Source: a virus (taxonomy: Duplodnaviria; Caudoviricetes). From it: DNA of 64,000 nt. Numbering within the stretch: position 1 is the first letter of the stretch; each line of letters opens with the position of its first letter. The notes below the pieces were generated by a model. That model had not been told where the DNA came from and ran no database searches. It saw only the letters and a list, made by a program, of their open reading frames with translations. Shown here one piece after another: positions 58,596 through 64,000 of the stretch. Location: the IMG/VR virus record IMGVR_UViG_3300010354_014876, positions 544 through 64,543 of that record, one strand, 5' to 3'. Made by a program: the position numbers and the translations under genes.

Positions 58596-59393
58596 ATGAA
58601 AATTCATCAAATACTTATAAATTCTCAAAATACCCTACCAAAACTTCCAAAGTATATTCAGTTTTGCCAATCGCAAATTAAAAAATTATATCCAAATTCT
58701 GAATATCATTTATATTCTGGTCAAGAAATTGAGTGTATCTTAAAAAAAAATTTTTCAAATGATATAATCACATCTTACTATTCATTTAAACCATATGCAT
58801 ATAAAGCAGATTTAGCACGTTACTGCATTCTATACTTATATGGTGGTCTTTATATTGATCTAAGTCTATTATGTCTTTCTTCTCTGATATTAGATGATAC
58901 TAATTTTTTTGCATTTCGTGATTTGCCTGAATATTCTGATCCTTGGTGGGCTATTACAAATGCAATTATCTACACAAAACCAAGATCAAATGTTATGAAA
59001 ACTGCGATTGATGTAATGGTCCATCATTGCAAAACTCAATTTTATGGGACTTCTGCTATTGATGTCGGGGGACCTACAGTTCTTGGGAAAGCAGTGATGA
59101 GATCTCAAGAAAATTTTAATAAAGTTTTCACAAATGGCCAAGTAAATTACATTGATTATAGTGATTTGGATATTGAAAAGGAAATTTTAACATCTTTTGA
59201 ATATGATTTAAATAAACTGACGGGTTTTGTTTTAGACAAAGATAAAAAAATTATTGCCTTAAGAAAACCAAGTAAGGGTGGAGATATTCAATCACTTGGT
59301 TTAGAGGGAACTAATAATTATGTGAATATGTGGTTGAATAGAGATGTTTATGATGATTCAATAAAGTTTAATACATTGTTTAAATATGCATAA
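58596..59393 (+). CDS. glycosyltransferase, GT32/Och1-like
   Basis: KIHQI, AYKADLARYCILYLYGGLYID, GPTVLG. Confidence 0.85.
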   Translation: MKIHQILINSQNTLPKLPKYIQFCQSQIKKLYPNSEYHLYSGQEIECILKKNFSNDIITSYYSFKPYAYKADLARYCILYLYGGLYIDLSLLCLSSLILDDTNFFAFRDLPEYSDPWWAITNAIIYTKPRSNVMKTAIDVMVHHCKTQFYGTSAIDVGGPTVLGKAVMRSQENFNKVFTNGQVNYIDYSDLDIEKEILTSFEYDLNKLTGFVLDKDKKIIALRKPSKGGDIQSLGLEGTNNYVNMWLNRDVYDDSIKFNTLFKYA

Positions 59394-59434
59394 AGTAACA
59401 GAAACCTAAATAATGCATTAAATAATGCAGACAA

Positions 59435-59602
59435 ATGATTGACATCAATTATGATGAGGTGTCTAAAGAGTTTTATGTATCTTTTCAAGGAAAAAGATAT
59501 AGTATAGCAAATCATGAGATTGATAATCTCAAAAAAAGACTAGACTCTTTAGATACTCAATCTCTACTAAACCAAAACAATGCAAATCAAAACTTGCTCT
59601 AA
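59435..59602 (+). CDS. hypothetical protein (55 aa, not in ORF track)
   Basis: MIDINYDEVSKEFYVSFQGKRY...; CTAAATA upstream. Confidence 0.4.
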   Translation: MIDINYDEVSKEFYVSFQGKRYSIANHEIDNLKKRLDSLDTQSLLNQNNANQNLL

Positions 59603-59819
59603 GTGTGGAGCACGGTGGATATCAAACCAGCTTTATTGGTCTTCTGGAAAACCTGGAAAAGAAGAAGATTTAGCAGGTCTTGTTTGTAATCAAATTAATG
59701 ATCCCAACTGCATCAACCCTAAGATTGGAGATGAAAGTGGTCAAAGTTGGGAGAAAAGACTTAAAATGATGGATGATTTTCATGAAAAGATGCTTAATGA
59801 TCCGGAATTTGATCTATAA
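59580..59819 (+). CDS. hypothetical protein with Cys motifs
   Basis: CSKCGARW..QLYWS.GK...DLAGLVCN...CINP. Confidence 0.7.
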   Translation: MQIKTCSKCGARWISNQLYWSSGKPGKEEDLAGLVCNQINDPNCINPKIGDESGQSWEKRLKMMDDFHEKMLNDPEFDL

Positions 59820-59878
59820 TTTATCTTTAAACGTAACAAAGCAATTCTAAAGATATTTTGGGTTTTTGTCAATATGGG

Positions 59879-59907
59879 TTGACATCGGACACAAATTCAC
59901 TTATGAT
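59879..59907 (+). promoter_or_regulatory. sigma70-type early promoter
   Basis: TTGACA-17 bp-TATGAT. Confidence 0.7.
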
Positions 59908-59928
59908 ATCTGAAGTTGAATAGTGGTG

Positions 59929-60162
59929 ATGTCTTTTACAAATAGTTCTCTCTTAGAGTCAGAACCACAAAGGTTTTATGTGACAAATGATGAAATGTGG
60001 GCAGCAATTCCATATGGTGATAACTTTATGGTGATTAACAATGGACAACAAATCAAACAGTTTGTGACCTTGGAAGAATGTATCGATTTTATCTCAGTCA
60101 AGCATCAAAAGAAGAGAACTTCTAAAAGAAAAAGTGATGTAACAATTGATCAATTTTGCTAA
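59929..60162 (+). CDS. hypothetical protein
   Basis: MWAAIPYG..FMVINNGQQI; follows promoter. Confidence 0.65.
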   Translation: MSFTNSSLLESEPQRFYVTNDEMWAAIPYGDNFMVINNGQQIKQFVTLEECIDFISVKHQKKRTSKRKSDVTIDQFC

Positions 60163-60729
60163 GTGAAAAACGAGAAGTATCAAATCATAGACAATTTTTT
60201 AAGTCAGAGTGATTTTTTAGAAATAAAAAATACTTTTTTTCCAAATGAAGAAAATCGAAAAATTCTTCCATGGAATTATAATGAAGGAATAGTTAGAGAT
60301 CCATCTTTAGGTCCAACTGGTTATGAGGAAAATGATTGGATGTATTCACATTCTTTTATATCATCAGATACAAAAAAGGAAAGTGAATTCATAGATCTAG
60401 TAAAACCAATTTTTAAAAAACTTCATGCTAGTGAAATAATAGACGCTAGATCTAATTTATTAATCCCAACTCAAAATCATATTCATCATGAAGATCATGT
60501 TGACAGAAAAACTCCACATAAAGTTGCTCTGTTTTATGTTACTTCTAATAATGGATTTACTGTTTTGAAAGATGTTGCTGAGGTAAATTGTACTGAAAAT
60601 AGAATGTTAATATTTGATGGATCAATTCACCATCACTCTGTAACTTCAACTGACAATGTTAGATGTGTCATCAATATAAACTTTATTCCTTATTTAAAGA
60701 TAGGGAAAATAAACTTTAATTATAGTTAA
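60163..60729 (+). CDS. 2OG-Fe(II) oxygenase-like protein
   Basis: IIDNFL, HVD, ALFYV.SNNG.T, ENRMLIFDG..HHS, RCVININF. Confidence 0.8.
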   Translation: MKNEKYQIIDNFLSQSDFLEIKNTFFPNEENRKILPWNYNEGIVRDPSLGPTGYEENDWMYSHSFISSDTKKESEFIDLVKPIFKKLHASEIIDARSNLLIPTQNHIHHEDHVDRKTPHKVALFYVTSNNGFTVLKDVAEVNCTENRMLIFDGSIHHHSVTSTDNVRCVININFIPYLKIGKINFNYS

Positions 60730-60744
60730 TTGCCTTTAAAAATT

Positions 60745-60951
60745 ATGATTCGTTTTATCGTAGCTTCTACACTTGCACTGTTTCCTTTGAGTGCTTCTGC
60801 TCTTCCTTATGATGACACTGTAACATTTAGTGCATCCTCTGCCTGTTCTGAACTGACTGGTGTTCGTTATCCATCAGAAAGCACAGGTGAGCAATGGAAT
60901 AACTATCTGAAGTGTATTCAAGTTCTTAACTATCTTGATGTAAAATATTAA
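60745..60951 (+). CDS. hypothetical protein with signal-peptide-like N-terminus
   Basis: MIRFIVASTLALFPLSASA. Confidence 0.55.
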   Translation: MIRFIVASTLALFPLSASALPYDDTVTFSASSACSELTGVRYPSESTGEQWNNYLKCIQVLNYLDVKY

Positions 60952-60995
60952 ATTTTTATAAACTACATTAAATAGTTACAGAATAGGAGAAAACT

Positions 60996-61160
60996 ATGGT
61001 TGTACTGCTTGCTGCAACCATCATTAGCTGTAGTGATGCGATGAGTTTACTTTATCGCATCACTAGAGTTGTAGGATTAACTGAACTTCAAAGAACTGAA
61101 ATCATTCAAGAAATCCGCAAAGTTGTTCCTTCCTGTCCCGTTAAGGTAGTAAAAAAATGA
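60996..61160 (+). CDS. hypothetical protein (54 aa, not in ORF track)
   Basis: AGGAG RBS; MVVLLAATIISCSDA...VPSCPV. Confidence 0.6.
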   Translation: MVVLLAATIISCSDAMSLLYRITRVVGLTELQRTEIIQEIRKVVPSCPVKVVKK

Positions 61161-61330
61161 ACGAAGAAACTCAAGTTGATAAATGGAACCGTGGATTAAC
61201 TCTCTTTGAAGAAAGTGTATTGAAACCTGACCCAGAACTTCGTAACTGTGCTCACAATCAAAAGTGTTATAACGAACTGATGGCAGTTCGTGAGAATGTG
61301 TTAGAGTATCTTAAAACTCTAAGACAATGA
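61157..61330 (+). CDS. hypothetical protein (57 aa, not in ORF track)
   Basis: ATGA overlaps both ends; KWNRGLTLFEESVLKPDPELRNCAHNQKCY. Confidence 0.65.
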   Translation: MNEETQVDKWNRGLTLFEESVLKPDPELRNCAHNQKCYNELMAVRENVLEYLKTLRQ

Positions 61331-61563
61331 GTATAACTTATATTTACTTTATTATTTTCTTTTGTATGGCATATCTGATTATCACAGACCAATCAGTCGC
61401 AAGAGGGTTCTATATGCTCACTCAACTTGCAAGAGTTCAATATGAAAAAACAAAGTGGTGGATATTGCATAATCCAGAAAATCCAATTGTTAAGTATTTG
61501 ATATGGAGAAAGTCCGTGAAGATGGCAGAAGAATTGATGAAAGAGTTTCAAGACAAAAACTGA
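61327..61563 (+). CDS. hypothetical membrane protein
   Basis: N-terminal TM helix, WW..HNP.NPIVKY. Confidence 0.65.
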   Translation: MSITYIYFIIFFCMAYLIITDQSVARGFYMLTQLARVQYEKTKWWILHNPENPIVKYLIWRKSVKMAEELMKEFQDKN

Positions 61564-61608
61564 ACTGGCACAAGACCCCTTGATTTTTCAGTCAAGGGGT
61601 CTTATAGT
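61563..61608 (+). promoter_or_regulatory. early promoter with upstream AACTGGCACA motif and internal inverted repeat
   Basis: AACTGGCACA, then TTGATT-17 bp-TATAGT within AGACCCCTTGA...TCAAGGGGTCT. Confidence 0.55.
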
Positions 61609-61630
61609 ATGAATATACAACTTCAAAGCA

Positions 61631-62059
61631 ATGACCTACAAAGCAACCCTGAAAGTTTCTTTTGACAGTGAATGGACTTCCACTAGTTACAGTAGTGGTT
61701 TTGATGATACATGTCTTCCAGAAGAGCATTATACTTTTCAGGTTCCTGCTGAAGACCTGAATGTATATCAACTGTTTCGGTTCTTTGCAACTGTTGCCCG
61801 TGCGATGGGTCACGATGAAATTAACATTATGAAAGGTGGTTGTGGTCTTGCGTTTGGTGAAGAGAGAAGTGTAGAAAATATGCGTAAGGTTGCTGAAGAG
61901 TTTGAACTGACTCTTGCTGAAGATTTGCAAGGCAAGTTTAAGGATTGGAAAGAAGCAGAGGAAGAATGGGCACGATTGAAGAAAGGTCCAATGGGAACTG
62001 TTCTGGGTGATGAAGAACTCACCGAAGAGCAACAAACTAATCTTGAGGAAGGTGTATGA
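61631..62059 (+). CDS. hypothetical protein
   Basis: 142-aa ORF downstream of promoter, phage-like codon use. Confidence 0.7.
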   Translation: MTYKATLKVSFDSEWTSTSYSSGFDDTCLPEEHYTFQVPAEDLNVYQLFRFFATVARAMGHDEINIMKGGCGLAFGEERSVENMRKVAEEFELTLAEDLQGKFKDWKEAEEEWARLKKGPMGTVLGDEELTEEQQTNLEEGV

Positions 62060-62292
62060 ACCTGATTAACTTTAAGCACCGTGAAGATTTTGGTGTTGAA
62101 TTCTATGTTCAGGTTCTCAATGTAAAAGGTTGGAGTTTACTTCAAGCATCTGTGAGTTGGAACGATTGGCCTTCTTGGCCTTACTTGCAGGTCACATTTG
62201 GTTCTAATGGTTTCTTTGCTATTTTATTTTGGTGTTACAAATTTGGTTTTGATGTTGGTATCATTGAACGCACTTGGAGATGGAATGACTAA
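62056..62292 (+). CDS. hypothetical protein (Trp-rich)
   Basis: ATGA-coupled 78-aa ORF. Confidence 0.65.
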   Translation: MNLINFKHREDFGVEFYVQVLNVKGWSLLQASVSWNDWPSWPYLQVTFGSNGFFAILFWCYKFGFDVGIIERTWRWND

Positions 62293-62506
62293 CTTCCGCA
62301 TCAAAAAAGTAACAGACGGACACTCAACCAGATACTACCCACAACACAAAAGATTTGGATTGTTTTGGAAGAATATATTTGTAGACGAATATAGAGATGG
62401 TGATTATGATACATTTGAAGAAGCACAGTGGCACCTTTGTAACTATTTGAGAAAACCTGTGGTGGAATATTTGTCCTTTGATTGTGATTGTGGAGAACCC
62501 CAGTGA
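62285..62506 (+). CDS. hypothetical protein
   Basis: MTNFRIKKV...YYPQHK.FGLFW...TFEEA. Confidence 0.6.
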   Translation: MTNFRIKKVTDGHSTRYYPQHKRFGLFWKNIFVDEYRDGDYDTFEEAQWHLCNYLRKPVVEYLSFDCDCGEPQ

Positions 62507-62718
62507 CTGCCATCAAACTCTGTAAGGATTGTAAGCACTACAAGAAAGATTGGTTTGAGCATCTTACTGGTGGTGGAGACCGATTTGATATGTGCCTCAA
62601 TCCAGTAGTGAGTGAAAATCTGGTGACTGGAAAAGTTAAAGATCGTTTTTGTGATATGATGAGAATGGAATGGGGTAAATGTGGTCCATATGGTAAGTAT
62701 TGGGAGGCACGGAAATAA
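62503..62718 (+). CDS. hypothetical Cys-motif protein
   Basis: GTG start; LCKDCKHY...C...C..MR...CG..GKYWE. Confidence 0.65.
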   Translation: MTAIKLCKDCKHYKKDWFEHLTGGGDRFDMCLNPVVSENLVTGKVKDRFCDMMRMEWGKCGPYGKYWEARK

Positions 62719-62918
62719 TGAGAGTTTATGATTACCGAATTGTAGAAGACCTCAATTTAAAAACTTTGAAACCTTATTTTTTTATTCAAAGATATAGTAT
62801 TAAGGACCAAAAGTATTTCCTTTATTCAGATGCTACATTCCAAACACTTGAAGAAGCACAAGATGCAATACGACTACTGAGAAAATACAACGAACCTTTA
62901 TATCATTATGTGGAGTGA
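62718..62918 (+). CDS. hypothetical protein
   Basis: MRVYDYRIVE...FQTLEEAQDAI. Confidence 0.6.
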   Translation: MRVYDYRIVEDLNLKTLKPYFFIQRYSIKDQKYFLYSDATFQTLEEAQDAIRLLRKYNEPLYHYVE

Positions 62919-62925
62919 TTAAAAA

Positions 62926-63093
62926 ATGATTGAAGTCCAGAAGAAGTATAAACTCACACTTACAGAGCAACAAACAAAAGAACTCTATCTAATTCTAAAA
63001 AATCAAAAGGATATTGGACATTTGAATACTGACTACGAAATTGTATTGGTGTATAATGAATTGAAGAAACTCTTTGATACTGGAATACGATGA
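62926..63093 (+). CDS. hypothetical protein (55 aa, not in ORF track)
   Basis: GGAG RBS; MIEVQKKYKLTLTEQQTKELY...; ATGA overlap with next. Confidence 0.6.
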   Translation: MIEVQKKYKLTLTEQQTKELYLILKNQKDIGHLNTDYEIVLVYNELKKLFDTGIR

Positions 63094-63752
63094 CTGAATG
63101 GAAACCTGAAAAGAATATCTCATCTCCTTGGGATGTTGATGTCTGGGAAAACAACATAGGACAACCAGTAAAGCCCTCTGGTGCTAATCTACCTTATCCT
63201 TATACAAGTTCTTACATTTACAACGGAGAATGGTATAATGTAAATACAACTAAAATAACTTCTATCAAAGATGTAGAATTATTGTTTTCTGCTTTGGGTA
63301 TGAAAGTAGGAACACAGAATGAAAACTTTGATAAAGTCAAACATCTCCTTATTATCCCAGAGAAACCCAAAACTCTGGATGAAATCACACAAGAGTTTGA
63401 TGAGAAGATTGATAAACTGATTGAGACAACAAAGTGGAATTTTGCCGTATCCAAAGAGAGATCTGAATATCATTACGACAAAAAGTTTAGTAGGATTATT
63501 AAGGACTTTGAGTATGCAAAAGAGAATGGGAACTTTCCACTCAAACTAAACCTTGCTTATACAACAACTGGATTGAGTGCTGCTTCTTATACTGAAACAT
63601 CTTTTGTAATCAAACAGGGAAACAAACACGAAGGTTATTATACGATTGGTAATCAACGATATTTCAGGTATTATATGCCTGATAAACCTACTCGTTTGGT
63701 GAGGTTCTTTATGAAAACTTGTCTTGGTTTTGTGTGGATTGATGAGAAATGA
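63090..63752 (+). CDS. hypothetical protein
   Basis: 220-aa ORF ending KPTRLVRFFMKTCLGFVWID. Confidence 0.65.
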   Translation: MTEWKPEKNISSPWDVDVWENNIGQPVKPSGANLPYPYTSSYIYNGEWYNVNTTKITSIKDVELLFSALGMKVGTQNENFDKVKHLLIIPEKPKTLDEITQEFDEKIDKLIETTKWNFAVSKERSEYHYDKKFSRIIKDFEYAKENGNFPLKLNLAYTTTGLSAASYTETSFVIKQGNKHEGYYTIGNQRYFRYYMPDKPTRLVRFFMKTCLGFVWIDEK

Positions 63753-63976
63753 AACTCACTAAACTAATCTTTGATTACTGGAAAATCTGGATGAGAGTTC
63801 CAGAAGAAACTAATGTCTTTGGTTCTTATGATGAAGGACTTGGATTTTATGATTGGTATTGTATGACCTTCTGGTATGCTCTCAATCACGACTGGTATAA
63901 AATGAATAATAAAATGTATGCTTATACTGGTTGTGAAGACCCTTATGTAGAACCCAGAGATTTTGAGGACACTTGA
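63749..63976 (+). CDS. hypothetical protein
   Basis: ATGA-coupled 75-aa ORF. Confidence 0.55.
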   Translation: MKLTKLIFDYWKIWMRVPEETNVFGSYDEGLGFYDWYCMTFWYALNHDWYKMNNKMYAYTGCEDPYVEPRDFEDT

Positions 63977-64000
63977 AGAACTGGCACACAGAGGGTTCCA

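Noticed and set aside
43444-60729. Complete DGR (TR, avd, reverse transcriptase)
   Set aside because: No AAC-rich template copy and no ORF with RT motifs (YxDD in RT context) were found by eye; only a VR-like segment is supported.

Overview
This window is a 64-kb segment of a T4-like cyanomyovirus genome (AT-rich, almost all + strand; host is probably a picocyanobacterium, inferred from cp12, speD, phoH and glutamine-riboswitch-like RNA). From left to right: (1) metabolic/replication genes (NAD-dependent epimerase, glutaredoxin, speD, a tandem glutamine-riboswitch-like leader with three micro-ORFs, thyX, phoH, exonuclease, gp33, gp59, gp32); (2) a baseplate/tail block (gp53, gp48, gp4, gp54-like, gp26, gp51, two tape-measure-like proteins with M23 and lysozyme domains, hub protein, cp12, gp5 and partners); (3) tRNA-Leu, an HNH endonuclease, tRNA-Thr and a Mom-like gene; (4) a ~24-kb tail-fibre region with two S8 proteases and a duplicated fibre-tip cassette ending in Cys-rich DUF1566/CLec-like proteins, one carrying the codon signature of a diversity-generating-retroelement (DGR) variable region, with no TR or RT seen in the window; (5) an island of tailoring enzymes (2OG-Fe(II) oxygenases, sulfotransferase, glycosyltransferases, radical SAM, carbamoyltransferase, methyltransferase), most of which share a C-terminal basic/hydrophobic-x-Tyr tag; (6) small early-type hypothetical genes. 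All calls come from motif recognition by eye; no database searches were run.
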